64,000 bases of DNA from Clostridia bacterium (lineage in GTDB: Bacteria > Bacillota > Clostridia > UMGS1840), in assembly GCA_045631485.1 (NCBI GenBank), contig JAZQUU010000026.1, positions 3,063 through 67,062 on the forward strand, written 5' to 3'. Below, one piece after another: positions 1-8,980 of the stretch. The notes under the pieces were generated by a model. That model had not been told where the DNA came from. It ran no database searches and saw nothing but the letters and a program-made list of their open reading frames with translations. Numbering within the stretch: position 1 is the stretch's first letter; every line of letters starts with the position of its first letter. The translations under genes were made by a program, and so were the position numbers.

Positions 1-6
1 TTCGCG

Positions 7-39
7 CGCCACCCTCCTTTACACAAGGAGGGCTTTTTT
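7..39. repeat. Palindromic intergenic element / terminator-like hairpin (CGCCACC-CTCCTT-tacac-AAGGAGGGCT)
   Basis: Stem CCCTCCTT (12-19)/AAGGAGGG (25-32) followed by a T-run; a related CGCCACC...CAAGGGAAGGCT element lies at ~28566-28591. Confidence 0.55.
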
Positions 40-99
40 ATTTTCGCCAAAATTCGACATTCTTTATATGATTTTGTCAGGTTAAGAACACGAAATTTT

Positions 100-127
100 G
101 TAGGGGATATTCACGAATCGCCCCTAC
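100..127. repeat. GTAG-type REP-like palindrome
   Basis: GTAGGGGATATTCACGAATCGCCCCTAC: GTAG and CTAC ends with an imperfect inverted repeat. Confidence 0.65.
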
Positions 128-154
128 ATTATTTCACTTGTTTATCACTTTATA

Positions 155-188
155 ATTGCGATGCATAAAGTTTAGATGCAAACCTTTT
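155..188. repeat. 34-bp direct repeat, copy 1 (flanks ORF 223..576)
   Basis: ATTGCGATGCATAAAGTTTAGATGCAAACCTTTT; 32/34 identical to 615..648. Confidence 0.9.
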
Positions 189-222
189 TCGTTAGAAACT
201 CGTGTTGAGTTATAACAAAAAA

Positions 223-576
223 TCATTTCAATCTCTTAATTAAATTAGTAATAACGGTTTGGTCGGCATCCATTTCAAACATCAGATAGTTATTTCGGAA
301 TGTCATTCCTAGCTGACCACTTATTTTCATATGTCCAAACTTCGTCTTTTCAAAATATATAAATGAATCTGAATCCATATCTGAAAATCTAAATTCACCT
401 TGTTCCGACTTATCTAACTCTTCCAAAGAAGATATATAATCTTTTAAATTACTATCTTCTATACAATAAGCAAACTGTCCTGAAAAATCTTTCACTTTAA
501 CTTGTACCATTAATTCACCATTTTCAAGTTTATATATATCAAACAATTTTTCACCATTCTCATATAAATAATCCAT
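223..576 (-). CDS. Hypothetical protein, WapI-like immunity protein candidate (117 aa)
   Basis: Start moved to ATG 576 (AAAGGAG RBS upstream). Acidic protein; the pattern VKVKDFSG...L.EL....GEF...F....GHMKISGQLG...N.L.FE...DQT resembles WapI-family immunity proteins (by eye). Confidence 0.55.
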   Translation of the reverse strand: MDYLYENGEKLFDIYKLENGELMVQVKVKDFSGQFAYCIEDSNLKDYISSLEELDKSEQGEFRFSDMDSDSFIYFEKTKFGHMKISGQLGMTFRNNYLMFEMDADQTVITNLIKRLK

Positions 577-614
577 TATGCATTTCTCCTTTCGACAACT
601 TTCGACATATCCAT

Positions 615-648
615 ATTGCGAGGCATAAGGTTTAGATGCAAACCTTTT
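615..648. repeat. 34-bp direct repeat, copy 2
   Basis: ATTGCGAGGCATAAGGTTTAGATGCAAACCTTTT, containing the hairpin AAGGTTT-agatgc-AAACCTT. Confidence 0.9.
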
Positions 649-689
649 GAATATCAAGTTCATATCAAGTTAAGTGCAAAAAATTCACT

Positions 690-1139
690 TCACTCAAACC
701 AAGATACATCTTTCAGTTCATCCCACATAGCGACTGATTTATTGTAACTAATTTCAATTAAAGCACTATCGAACTCTTTATTGCTATTAAAAAGCAAATA
801 TATTTTAGCCTTATAACCATCATTGGTTTTACTCTCATCATACTGCAACAATATAGTATCTTGGAAATCGACATTATTTAAATCATTAACAGAAATAATT
901 TCACTATTGTTTTTATACAGAACTAATTGCTCTATCGTAGGCAGGTAAAGCATTACCATTCCCTCACCTGATTGATGAGCTTTGTCGTGCGGATTCATAG
1001 GATGTTCTGATAAAACTTCCATCCAATCCATTTCCAACACGAGGGTATCATTTTCATAATACAATCTTGAACACTCGCAATCATGAAAATCAATATACTC
1101 AAGATTGTTTTCGCTAATTACATTAAATTTCTTATTCAA
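690..1139 (-). CDS. Hypothetical acidic protein with N-terminal FHD motif (possible immunity protein)
   Basis: 149-aa ORF, TTG start after a GAGGTG RBS; AT-rich; DFHDC motif recalls Imm50-like proteins (weak). Confidence 0.6.
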   Translation of the reverse strand: MNKKFNVISENNLEYIDFHDCECSRLYYENDTLVLEMDWMEVLSEHPMNPHDKAHQSGEGMVMLYLPTIEQLVLYKNNSEIISVNDLNNVDFQDTILLQYDESKTNDGYKAKIYLLFNSNKEFDSALIEISYNKSVAMWDELKDVSWFE

Positions 1140-1154
1140 TCATATCACCTCATT

Positions 1155-1197
1155 TTGACAAATTTCGACATATCCATATTCCATAAATCAAGTTAGG
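1155..1197. repeat. Gene-boundary repeat (TTCGACA-containing) shared with 43..86 and 591..676
   Basis: TTTCGACATATCCATATT is identical at 600-617 and 1163-1180; ATCAAGTTA at 664-672 and 1187-1195; degenerate copy at 43-86. Confidence 0.75.
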
Positions 1198-1267
1198 ATT
1201 AAAATCTTTCCTTCAATATGCTTTTATTTTTAAATTGGTGAACAATTTAGATGCTACATGATTTTAA

Positions 1268-1427
1268 ATGAATTGACAACTGCGTTGTCATGAATTGGTT
1301 ATCACCATAAATTCTCGCTTTGCTCTATGAATTGAATTGCCTCTTTCATGCACGAAGTACAATTCATGAGCCATAAAGCCCAATTAATGAAATCTATGAT
1401 TTCAATTCATGCCGCAAGGCAATTCAT
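1268..1427. repeat. Multibranched palindromic element A (ATGAATTG x4 / CAATTCAT x4 separated by mini-hairpins)
   Basis: ATGAATTG at 1268, 1290, 1327 (variant 1307); CAATTCAT at 1360, 1403, 1420 (variant 1381); spacers include GACAAC-tgc-GTTGTC, GAAATC-tat-GATTTC, GCC-gcaa-GGC. Confidence 0.85.
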
Positions 1428-1447
1428 TGAGTTTGCTTTACAAACTC

Positions 1448-1476
1448 ATTATACCACATAAAAATAAAAATGACAA
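1448..1476 (-). promoter_or_regulatory. Sigma-A-type promoter pointing into element A and the accessory genes
   Basis: Minus strand TTGTCA-17 bp-TATAAT with extended -10 (TGG TATAAT). Confidence 0.55.
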
Positions 1477-1504
1477 TACCTGCATTGCAAATATTGTCAT
1501 TTTT
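1466..1504 (-). terminator. Rho-independent terminator of tdh-kbl
   Basis: AAAAATGACAATA...TATTGTCATTTTT inverted repeat just after the kbl stop. Confidence 0.7.
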
Positions 1505-1520
1505 ATTAAATTACAAAATC

Positions 1521-2702
1521 TTACAGACCCATTTCTTCTTTTACCTTGCGGAAGCAATCTACGATATATAAGATATCTTCTTCGGATAAGGCTGCGGAAA
1601 GCTGGGTACGGATTCTTGCTTTGCCTTTCGGTACTACGGGGTAAGAGAATGCTACCACATAGACACCTTTTTCCATCATTCGTTTTGCCATTTCTACGGC
1701 TTTGTGCTCGTCGTATAACATTACGGGGATAATGGGAGTGCCTCCATCCATGACATCTAAGCCGATTTCTTTAATTTTTTCAGCAAATAATTTGGTATTG
1801 GCAAATAATTTTTCACGGTAAGAGAAATTATTCTCAATCAGTTCCAACACTTTGATGGAGCCTGCTGCAACGGCGGGAGCCAAGGTGTTGGAGAACAGAT
1901 AGGGACGGGAACGCTGACGGAGTAAATCAATGATTTCTTTTCTGCCGGAGGTAAATCCGCCGGAAGCACCGCCCAATGCTTTTCCAAAGGTACCGGTGGT
2001 GATATCCACTCTGCCCATCACACCACAATGCTCTGCAGTACCGCGACCGGTTGCACCCATAAATCCTGCGGAATGGCTGTCGTCCACCATAACCAATGCA
2101 CCGTATTCATCTGCTAAATCACAGATGGATTTTAAATCTGCAACGATACCGTCCATGGAGAATACGCCATCGGTTGCAATGAGCTTAATACGGCAATCTT
2201 TAGCCTCTTCCAATTTTGCACGCAAATCTTGCATATTATTGTTTTTGTAACGGAAGCGTTTTGCTTTGCAAAGACGGATACCGTCAATGATGCTGGCGTG
2301 ATTTAATTCGTCACTGATGACTGCATCTGCTTCACCTAACAGGGTTTCAAACAAACCACCGTTGGCATCAAAGCAGGAAGAATATAAAATAGTATCATCG
2401 GTGCCTAAAAATTCACTAACTTTCTGTTCTAAGTCTTTATGCAGTTTCTGAGTACCGCAGATAAAACGAACGGAAGATAAGCCATAGCCATAGTTATCAT
2501 AGCTTTCCTTAGCCGCTTGAATCACATCGGGATTATTTGCCAAGCCAAGATAGTTATTGGCACACATATTAATAACGTCTTTTCCGTCGGATAAGGATAC
2601 TTTGGCGCCCTGAGGAGTCATAATAACCTTTTCGTTTTTGGTGAGACCTTCTTTTTCGATGGTTTCGCAGGTTTCTTTAAAATATTTTAATGCTTCTTTC
2701 AT
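1521..2702 (-). CDS. kbl: Glycine C-acetyltransferase (2-amino-3-ketobutyrate CoA ligase)
   Basis: [33 protein letters not shown]-lysine region [23 protein letters not shown]. Confidence 0.97.
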   Translation of the reverse strand: MKEALKYFKETCETIEKEGLTKNEKVIMTPQGAKVSLSDGKDVINMCANNYLGLANNPDVIQAAKESYDNYGYGLSSVRFICGTQKLHKDLEQKVSEFLGTDDTILYSSCFDANGGLFETLLGEADAVISDELNHASIIDGIRLCKAKRFRYKNNNMQDLRAKLEEAKDCRIKLIATDGVFSMDGIVADLKSICDLADEYGALVMVDDSHSAGFMGATGRGTAEHCGVMGRVDITTGTFGKALGGASGGFTSGRKEIIDLLRQRSRPYLFSNTLAPAVAAGSIKVLELIENNFSYREKLFANTKLFAEKIKEIGLDVMDGGTPIIPVMLYDEHKAVEMAKRMMEKGVYVVAFSYPVVPKGKARIRTQLSAALSEEDILYIVDCFRKVKEEMGL

Positions 2703-2726
2703 TGTTTTGCTCCTTTTTTTATAAAA

Positions 2727-3758
2727 TTAAAGGTTTTCCCAATCTAAAATCACTTTACCGCATTTTCCGCTGTTCATTGCAGCAAAACCTTTTTCATAGT
2801 CCAAAACGCTCATTCTGTGGGTAATGATATTGGAAATATCCAATCCACCCTGGAGCATTGCAGACATTTTATACCAGGTTTCGTGCATTTCTCTGCCATA
2901 AATACCTTTTAAGATTAAGCCTTTGAAAATAATTTTGGACCAATCCACCTTGGTATCGCTTTTTAATAAGCCGAGTAATGCAATTCTACCACCGGGAAGC
3001 ATATAATCAATCATGGTATTTAAGGCAATTTCACTGCCGGACATTTCCAACCCAACGTCAAAACCTTCCCGAATCATCAGTCGTTCCATCACATCAGAAA
3101 GATTTTCTTTGGCAGTATTGACCGTATATTCGATACCTAATTTTTTGGCAAGCTCCAATCTGTCATCTAAAATATCGGTAATCACCACATGTCTTGCACC
3201 CACAAATTTACATACTGCAGCTGCCATAATACCAATAGGACCTGCCCCGGTAATCAATACGTCTTCCCCAACTAAATTGAAGGATAACGCAGTATGTACC
3301 GCATTGCCGAACGGATCAAAAATGGAATACATTTCTTCGGGGATATCTTTTTCACAAGGACGAACGTTTTCCTGAGGAATCACTAAGTATTCCGCAAAAG
3401 CACCGTCACGATTTACGCCAACGCCGACAGTTTCTTTACAAAGGTGTCCGTGACCTGCCAGACAGTTACGGCATTTTCCGCAAACAATGTGTCCTTCTCC
3501 GGAAACAATTTCTCCAATATAACGACCTCGAACATTGGCACCGATTTCCACGATTTCGCCCACATATTCGTGACCGATAACACGAGGCGTCTGAATCGTC
3601 TGCTGAGACCAGGCATCCCAATTATAGATGTGCAGGTCGGTACCGCAGATTGCAGTTTTGTGAATTTTAATTTTCACATCGTTGGGGCCGGTTATGGGTT
3701 CGGGGACATCTTCCAGCCACAAGCCTTTTTCGGGGAATTTTTTGACAAGTGCTTTCAT
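2727..3758 (-). CDS. tdh: L-threonine 3-dehydrogenase
   Basis: Start ATG 3758 (AGGAG RBS); [18 protein letters not shown], structural-Zn [26 protein letters not shown]; operon with kbl. Confidence 0.97.
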   Translation of the reverse strand: MKALVKKFPEKGLWLEDVPEPITGPNDVKIKIHKTAICGTDLHIYNWDAWSQQTIQTPRVIGHEYVGEIVEIGANVRGRYIGEIVSGEGHIVCGKCRNCLAGHGHLCKETVGVGVNRDGAFAEYLVIPQENVRPCEKDIPEEMYSIFDPFGNAVHTALSFNLVGEDVLITGAGPIGIMAAAVCKFVGARHVVITDILDDRLELAKKLGIEYTVNTAKENLSDVMERLMIREGFDVGLEMSGSEIALNTMIDYMLPGGRIALLGLLKSDTKVDWSKIIFKGLILKGIYGREMHETWYKMSAMLQGGLDISNIITHRMSVLDYEKGFAAMNSGKCGKVILDWENL

Positions 3759-3867
3759 TGGTAATACACTCTCCTTTTTTATCATAAAGTCCTTTTGCGT
3801 GTTCGATTTCTGTGTTTCGCCCAGACGAACAATTTTGTATATTGTCCGCACTCTGTGCACAATTTGA

Positions 3868-3896
3868 ATTATAGTACCTTTTTTTGAGAATGTCAA
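3868..3896 (-). promoter_or_regulatory. Consensus sigma-A promoter of tdh-kbl
   Basis: Minus strand TTGACA-17 bp-TATAAT. Confidence 0.8.
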
Positions 3897-3971
3897 GAGA
3901 TTTTTTGAGATTTTTTCAAAAAGTATTGACTAATCCTTGAAAATAGTGTAAAATAGAGCAGTCGAAAATGA

Positions 3972-4048
3972 GCGCCTGTAGCTCAGTTGGATAGAGTATC
4001 AGACTCCGACTCTGAAGGTCGTGCGTTCGAATCGCATCAGGCGTACCA
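3972..4048 (+). tRNA. tRNA-Arg (anticodon CCG)
   Basis: Acceptor GCGCCTG/CAGGCGT, D-loop with GG-A20, anticodon arm TCAGA-CTCCGAC-TCTGA, TTCGAAT T-loop, discriminator A, encoded CCA. Confidence 0.96.
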
Positions 4049-4050
4049 AC

Positions 4051-4092
4051 AAAAAACGCACTTTTGTCTGCCAAGACAAAGGTGCGTTTTTT
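4051..4092 (+). terminator. Terminator downstream of tRNA-Arg
   Basis: AAAAACGCACTTTTGTC...GACAAAGGTGCGTTTTTT hairpin plus T-tail. Confidence 0.8.
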
Positions 4093-4128
4093 GAATGATG
4101 TTTGCCTTACGGCAATATGAGGGTTTCT

Positions 4129-4791
4129 ATGAAAATCATTGCGAAAATTAAAACAGAATATCCCGAAAAATTCGGAATCCCCCGCCAAAGCGGATTGGTG
4201 GAAAACAAGGCGAAAATTATCTTTGAAAAAGAATACCGTGTTCCCGAAGCGTTTCGGGGATTGGAGGAATTTTCTCACATCTGGATTTTATGGGAATTTT
4301 CCGAAGCGAAGCGGGAAAATTGGTCCCCCACGGTTCGACCTCCCCTTTTGGGCGGTAACAAACGTGTAGGTGTATTTGCAACCCGTTCTCCCTTTCGTCC
4401 CAATTCCATCGGACTCTCCTGCGTAAAATTGGAAAAAATTGAATTTTCCAAAACCGACGGTCCCGTTCTGCATGTGGTGGGAGCAGATTTGCTGAATGAT
4501 ACACCCATTTATGATATTAAGCCCTACCTTCCTTATGCAGACAGTTTTCCTGACGCTATTGGCGGTTTTACCGAACATTTAACGGAACGAAAACTGGAAG
4601 TGGTTTTTGATGACGATATTTTTCAAATGGTGCCTGAAAATATCAAGCAAGAAATCATCCAAGTGTTAGCACACGACCCCAGACCCTCTTATCAGGATGA
4701 TGATAAAATTTACGGCATTAAATACAGTAAATATGAAATAAAATTTCAGGTAAAAGAAAAAATCCTGACTATTTTATCAATCGCTCAGTAG
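4129..4791 (+). CDS. tsaA: tRNA (N6-threonylcarbamoyladenosine(37)-N6)-methyltransferase TrmO
   Basis: EKFGIPRQSGL, GLEEFSHIW, PTVRPP, GVFATRSPFRPNSIGLS, DTPIYDIKPY, DPRPSY; start ATG 4129 after GAGG. Confidence 0.93.
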   Translation: MKIIAKIKTEYPEKFGIPRQSGLVENKAKIIFEKEYRVPEAFRGLEEFSHIWILWEFSEAKRENWSPTVRPPLLGGNKRVGVFATRSPFRPNSIGLSCVKLEKIEFSKTDGPVLHVVGADLLNDTPIYDIKPYLPYADSFPDAIGGFTEHLTERKLEVVFDDDIFQMVPENIKQEIIQVLAHDPRPSYQDDDKIYGIKYSKYEIKFQVKEKILTILSIAQ

Positions 4792-4792
4792 C

Positions 4793-4826
4793 AAAACTCC
4801 GTCTGATGATTTTCGGACGGAGTTTT
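4793..4826 (+). terminator. Terminator after trmO
   Basis: AAAACTCCGTC...GACGGAGTTTT. Confidence 0.75.
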
Positions 4827-4911
4827 ATATTTCACCAAAGAAATCATTTCTCATACAATAATAACGAGGAGTTTGCTCCTCAGATTAAAAAATAAGAGAG
4901 GAAGATTTCAA

Positions 4912-5763
4912 TTGGCAACATTTACCAATCAGGCAACCTTATCCTATAACGGTAATACTGTCAATTCCAATATTGTAACCGGTAACATTGTGGAAGTGTT
5001 GACTGCCACCAAAACTGCAGTTTCCGCTTCCTACAATACCGGTGATGATGTGACTTATATTATCAGTATCACCAATTCCGGCAACACCCCTTTTACCGGT
5101 TTAACTGTCACCGATAATTTGGGAGCATACACCTTTGGAGCCGGTACTTTAGTGCCGTTAGATTATGTTAACGGTTCTGTGTTGTATTATCAGAACGGTG
5201 TTTTGCAGCCGGCTCCCACGGTAACTTCCACAAATCCGTTAATCTTTAGCGGCATCAGTGTACCTGCAAATGGAAATGCAATGATTGTGTACGAAACCAC
5301 CACCAACAGCTTTGCTCCTTTAGGTGCAGGAGGAACCATTACCAATCAGGTGGAAGTGTCCGGCGCAGGCTTAACGACCGACTTAATCGCAACCGAAACT
5401 GTTCCCGTAGCAAGCGGAGCACTTTTATCCATTACCAAAGCACTCTCCCCTACTAATGTTACCGAAAACAGTGAACTGACCTACACCTTTACCATTCAGA
5501 ACACAGGAAACACTCCTGCAGATGCAACCGATAACCTGGTAATTACCGATACCTTTAATCCTATTTTAACCAATATTACAGTTACCTTAAATGGTGCAGT
5601 ATTGCCTCCCACCGCATACACCTATGATGAAACCACCGGTGTATTTACCACAAACGCCGGTGCCATCACGGTTCCCGAAGCCACCTACACTCAAAATCCC
5701 GTTACCGGTGAATATGTGATTACCCCCGGTGTGACCACCGTAACCGTAACCGGTACTGTATAA
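4912..5763 (+). CDS. DUF11-like (Ig-like repeat) protein, Thr/Asn-rich, no signal peptide
   Basis: Two copies of the K.....(G/S)..TYT/I.I.N.GN.....L.(V/I)TD motif; likely TTG start at 4912 after GAGAGGA (ORF track starts at 4873). Confidence 0.75.
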   Translation: MATFTNQATLSYNGNTVNSNIVTGNIVEVLTATKTAVSASYNTGDDVTYIISITNSGNTPFTGLTVTDNLGAYTFGAGTLVPLDYVNGSVLYYQNGVLQPAPTVTSTNPLIFSGISVPANGNAMIVYETTTNSFAPLGAGGTITNQVEVSGAGLTTDLIATETVPVASGALLSITKALSPTNVTENSELTYTFTIQNTGNTPADATDNLVITDTFNPILTNITVTLNGAVLPPTAYTYDETTGVFTTNAGAITVPEATYTQNPVTGEYVITPGVTTVTVTGTV

Positions 5764-5804
5764 CATTTCTCCAATAAAAATGATCTCATAAAAAAACGTA
5801 AATC

Positions 5805-5838
5805 AAAAGGCTGAACGAAATCAATCGTTCAGCCTTTT
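5805..5838. terminator. Bidirectional terminator
   Basis: AAAAGGCTGAACGA...TCGTTCAGCCTTTT between convergent genes. Confidence 0.8.
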
Positions 5839-5865
5839 ATTACAAGTGTCATTCACAAATATGCC

Positions 5866-6873
5866 TTAAATATCTCGCCAATCAAATACAGTCCCCACAG
5901 GGAAAGTAGCGTTATTTTCGGCAAGTTCCTTGTAAACTTCGGGTGCTTCCTCAGGCTTACAAATTCTTGAAGCTATCGGCAGAACCTGCAAACGCTTTGC
6001 AGAAATCATATCAAGAATTGCACAAAAATCATCGTGACGTGTCCAATGGTGCGGATAGGATTCATATTTCGGGCGTACAAAGTTATGTGCACCAATCAGC
6101 TTTACTCCAGGCTTATGTACCTGCTGATAATAGTCAACTGCACAGTCGGAAACTCTTGTGCAACCAAGCAAAGAGATTCTTCCCATCCATGATGCACACT
6201 CAAGCGCCTGATTCATAGCCGCAGATACACCTGTAACCTCCACGCAGGCATTGACACCTTTTCCTTTGGTAACAGCTTTTACCTTTTCCACAAAATCTTC
6301 ATCTTTAGGGTCAAAAGCATAGTCTGCTCCCAATTCAAGTGCAAGTTTTCTTCTTTCCTCATTCAAATCAACTGCAATCACGGGATTTGCACCGGAAAGT
6401 CTGCAAAATTGTGTTGCAAACAGTCCCAATAAACCTTGTCCCATAACCATAGCAGACTCACCAAGTTCAATTTCAAGCTTTCTGACGCCGCCAAGCCCCA
6501 TTGCCGCAATAATAACAAATGCCGCCTCCAAAGCTGAAACATCATCGTTTTCAACCTTGGTGACACGCTCCTTAGGACGGATATTATAATCAGAATGCAC
6601 CCCTCCGGCTACAAGAACCCTGTCCCCGGGCTTTACATCCTTCACTGCGCTTCCAACTTCTTTTACAATCCCCACGCCACAATATCCCAAGGATGTGGGA
6701 AATCTTGTCGAAGTGTTGCTCATTCCCATAAGACAAGCGTACTCTGTGCCGCCGCTTACAACAGTATACTCCATCTTTGTGAGCACTTCATCCTCTTTTA
6801 CTTCGGGCAAATCCACTTCCAAAAGCTCTGCCTTGCCAATTTGGGTAAAATATATTTGTTTTCTTTTTATCAT
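5866..6873 (-). CDS. Medium-chain dehydrogenase/reductase (alcohol dehydrogenase superfamily, non-canonical Zn site)
   Basis: GQGLLG nucleotide-binding loop; VSGGTE and LGYC in place of CGTD/GHE; ALELGAD. Confidence 0.85.
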   Translation of the reverse strand: MIKRKQIYFTQIGKAELLEVDLPEVKEDEVLTKMEYTVVSGGTEYACLMGMSNTSTRFPTSLGYCGVGIVKEVGSAVKDVKPGDRVLVAGGVHSDYNIRPKERVTKVENDDVSALEAAFVIIAAMGLGGVRKLEIELGESAMVMGQGLLGLFATQFCRLSGANPVIAVDLNEERRKLALELGADYAFDPKDEDFVEKVKAVTKGKGVNACVEVTGVSAAMNQALECASWMGRISLLGCTRVSDCAVDYYQQVHKPGVKLIGAHNFVRPKYESYPHHWTRHDDFCAILDMISAKRLQVLPIASRICKPEEAPEVYKELAENNATFPVGTVFDWRDI

Positions 6874-7029
6874 ATATTTTCCTCCACAATTTTTAATATC
6901 CTACATATTTTTTTGTTTTCAGTTAAGTTATTTTACAAAACTAAAAGCATCTTTCACTATCATTATATAAATAACAAGAAAACAATCAATAGCAAATGTG
7001 ATTATTTTATCATATTTGATACTAAAATG

Positions 7030-7058
7030 TTGACAAATTCTACTCTTATTGGTATAAT
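7030..7058 (+). promoter_or_regulatory. Sigma-A promoter of AraC gene
   Basis: TTGACA-17 bp-TATAAT with extended -10. Confidence 0.75.
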
Positions 7059-7079
7059 AAAAGTATTGGAGGGATATCT

Positions 7080-7847
7080 ATGTATTCAGATATTTTATCA
7101 GATTTGATTATCAATAAAGTCTATTCTGTAACAACACTGCATTCAGAAGAAGGCACCAAAATCAAAAGAAATAACCGTTCGTGCTGGGCAGTTGTTATCA
7201 AATATGAAGGAGAAACCATCTACACATCTCATAAAAAAACCTATCATTCCGACATACATCATCTGGTCGTTTTACCAAAAGGATGTACCTATGAATGGCA
7301 CTGTATCCGTTCCGGGCACTTTTCTATCATAGAATTTGAAAGTGAGCTTGTTTGGAATGATGTTCTCAGTTTCTCGGTACCCAACAGCGAAAAAATCTTA
7401 AAGCTTTTTAAGGAAATGGAATACAAAAGAACACTCAGACATCCAATGTTTGAAATTGAAAGTATTCGGGATACCTATTCTATTCTTCTGATATTGATGC
7501 AACAGATGCAAAAGATGCAAAAGAAATATTTACCTACCGAAAAAGCAAGTAAAATCCGTCCGGCATTAGAGTATATTGCCAACAACTATAATCAAAACAT
7601 CAAAAATGATGTCCTGGCAAATCTTTGCAATCTGTCAACTGTTTATTTCAGAAAACTGTTTACGGAAATTATGGGCAATTCCCCAATATCTTATGTGCAT
7701 GAACTACGCATAAAAAAAGCCAAGGAAATGCTGAAAAGTGACTATGGGAGTATCACCGATATCGCAGAATCCTTAGGCTATTTGAATATTTATGATTTTT
7801 CACGAACATTTAAAAAATATACCGGCGTATCACCTTCAAAATACTAA
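7080..7847 (+). CDS. AraC-family transcriptional regulator
   Basis: C-terminal double HTH: LANLCNLSTVYFRKLF...SITDIAESLGYLNIYDFSRTFKKYTGVSP. Confidence 0.93.
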   Translation: MYSDILSDLIINKVYSVTTLHSEEGTKIKRNNRSCWAVVIKYEGETIYTSHKKTYHSDIHHLVVLPKGCTYEWHCIRSGHFSIIEFESELVWNDVLSFSVPNSEKILKLFKEMEYKRTLRHPMFEIESIRDTYSILLILMQQMQKMQKKYLPTEKASKIRPALEYIANNYNQNIKNDVLANLCNLSTVYFRKLFTEIMGNSPISYVHELRIKKAKEMLKSDYGSITDIAESLGYLNIYDFSRTFKKYTGVSPSKY

Positions 7848-7889
7848 AAATCGGTTGCACAACCTCGCTTGTTGCGCAACCGATTTTTT
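7846..7889. terminator. Bidirectional terminator
   Basis: AAAAATCGGTTGCACAAC...GTTGCGCAACCGATTTTT. Confidence 0.8.
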
Positions 7890-7931
7890 ATTATCCTTTA
7901 AAATACACCTTATCGGAAGTTTTTAGGAAAA

Positions 7932-8951
7932 TTAATATTCGAAACCGTATTTTTTAGCGATTTCACGAATGCTTACTTCCTTACCCTGAATGCCTGCTTC
8001 TTTTTGAGCTTCCATTAAGAGAGTGGAAATAATTGCAGATTCCGGTTTGTTTTCGGGTTCAACTTCACCACGAGTTGCACGGATAAAGTGATCCAACTGT
8101 GCACGGTACACATCTTCAAATACACGGGTTCCATCGATAATTTCAGTTTTACCGTCGATAGTTCCAAAGATGATTTCTGCAGTATCAAAGTTTCCTTTTA
8201 CATAACCTTTGTCACCAACGATTTCGATTGCATGCACCTGAGGATGCTGGATGTAGTCAAAATGACAGTTTGCAGCCATACTTCCATCTTCCCAACGATA
8301 CAGAGTATCGATAGAGTTCTGGGGAGAAGACAGTGCCATATCACCAAGCTTGGTAGCGTTGGTATATGCATAATCCGGAACAGAACCGGTGAAATAATGC
8401 AGTAAATCACTGTCATGAATACAATCCATTGCCAAGGAATAAGGAGTATGTTCCTGATGTTTGGTTACAGAACACAGCAGAATGTTGTGAGAAGAGAATC
8501 TGTTGGTAAAATGAACGATGTTACCAAGTTTTCCTTCATCAACGAGTGCTTTCATTTTGCGGATAAAGGGGTCAAAACGGAACATAAATCCAACAGAAAA
8601 TACTTTATCGCTTTCTTTGGCACGATTCAGCATTTTCACGCAGTCTTCCATGGTATCGCTCATGGGTTTTTCGCATAACACATGCAAACCTGCATCTAAA
8701 GCTTCAATTGCCATGTTGGAATGCATCTGATGAGGAGTTGCGATTAAAGCAGCGTCCGGATTTTCAGCTGCAATTGCTTCTTTCATAGAAGCATACAGGT
8801 TTAAATTCGGATAGTTTTCCGCCATAAAATCTTTACTGGTCGGGCTGGGATCAACCACGCACAGGATAACGTCTTCTCTTTCGTTTAGCAGTCTTAAATG
8901 ACGTCTGCCGATACTGCCAATACCTACAACACAAATTTTAATTTTATTCAT
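7932..8951 (-). CDS. Gfo/Idh/MocA-family oxidoreductase
   Basis: VVGIGSIG, IATPHQMH, HVLCEKPM, VGFMFRF, DCIHD. Confidence 0.93.
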   Translation of the reverse strand: MNKIKICVVGIGSIGRRHLRLLNEREDVILCVVDPSPTSKDFMAENYPNLNLYASMKEAIAAENPDAALIATPHQMHSNMAIEALDAGLHVLCEKPMSDTMEDCVKMLNRAKESDKVFSVGFMFRFDPFIRKMKALVDEGKLGNIVHFTNRFSSHNILLCSVTKHQEHTPYSLAMDCIHDSDLLHYFTGSVPDYAYTNATKLGDMALSSPQNSIDTLYRWEDGSMAANCHFDYIQHPQVHAIEIVGDKGYVKGNFDTAEIIFGTIDGKTEIIDGTRVFEDVYRAQLDHFIRATRGEVEPENKPESAIISTLLMEAQKEAGIQGKEVSIREIAKKYGFEY

Positions 8952-8980
8952 TGTATTAATCTCCTTATGTTAATTGCTTC

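Noticed and set aside
1160-1190. Xer/dif site in the boundary repeat (ATATGTCGAAA resembles a XerD arm)
   Set aside because: Only a partial match to one arm; the other arm does not fit the firmicute dif consensus.
1268-1427. CRISPR array interpretation of elements A and B
   Set aside because: Repeats are only 8 bp, invert halfway, and have 9-14-nt mostly self-complementary spacers; no cas genes.
3775-3862. ZMP/ZTP riboswitch or T-box in the tdh leader (CTGGGC motif)
   Set aside because: The 5' GACTGGCG/GTGG..CCAC part and the T-box GGTGGnACC sequence are absent.
3972-4048. Possible CGG codon reassignment via the CCG-anticodon tRNA (reported in some Clostridia and Bacilli)
   Set aside because: The tRNA keeps the arginine identity elements (A20 in the D-loop, A73 discriminator), so it looks like an ordinary tRNA-Arg.
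4020-4130. tRNA-Arg as an integration site for a prophage or island
   Set aside because: No integrase and no duplicated tRNA 3' end seen in the window.
2727-4791. Threonine theme linking tdh-kbl with trmO (acts on t6A of tRNA-Thr)
   Set aside because: The genes are divergent and separated by a tRNA-Arg and a terminator; no evidence beyond adjacency.
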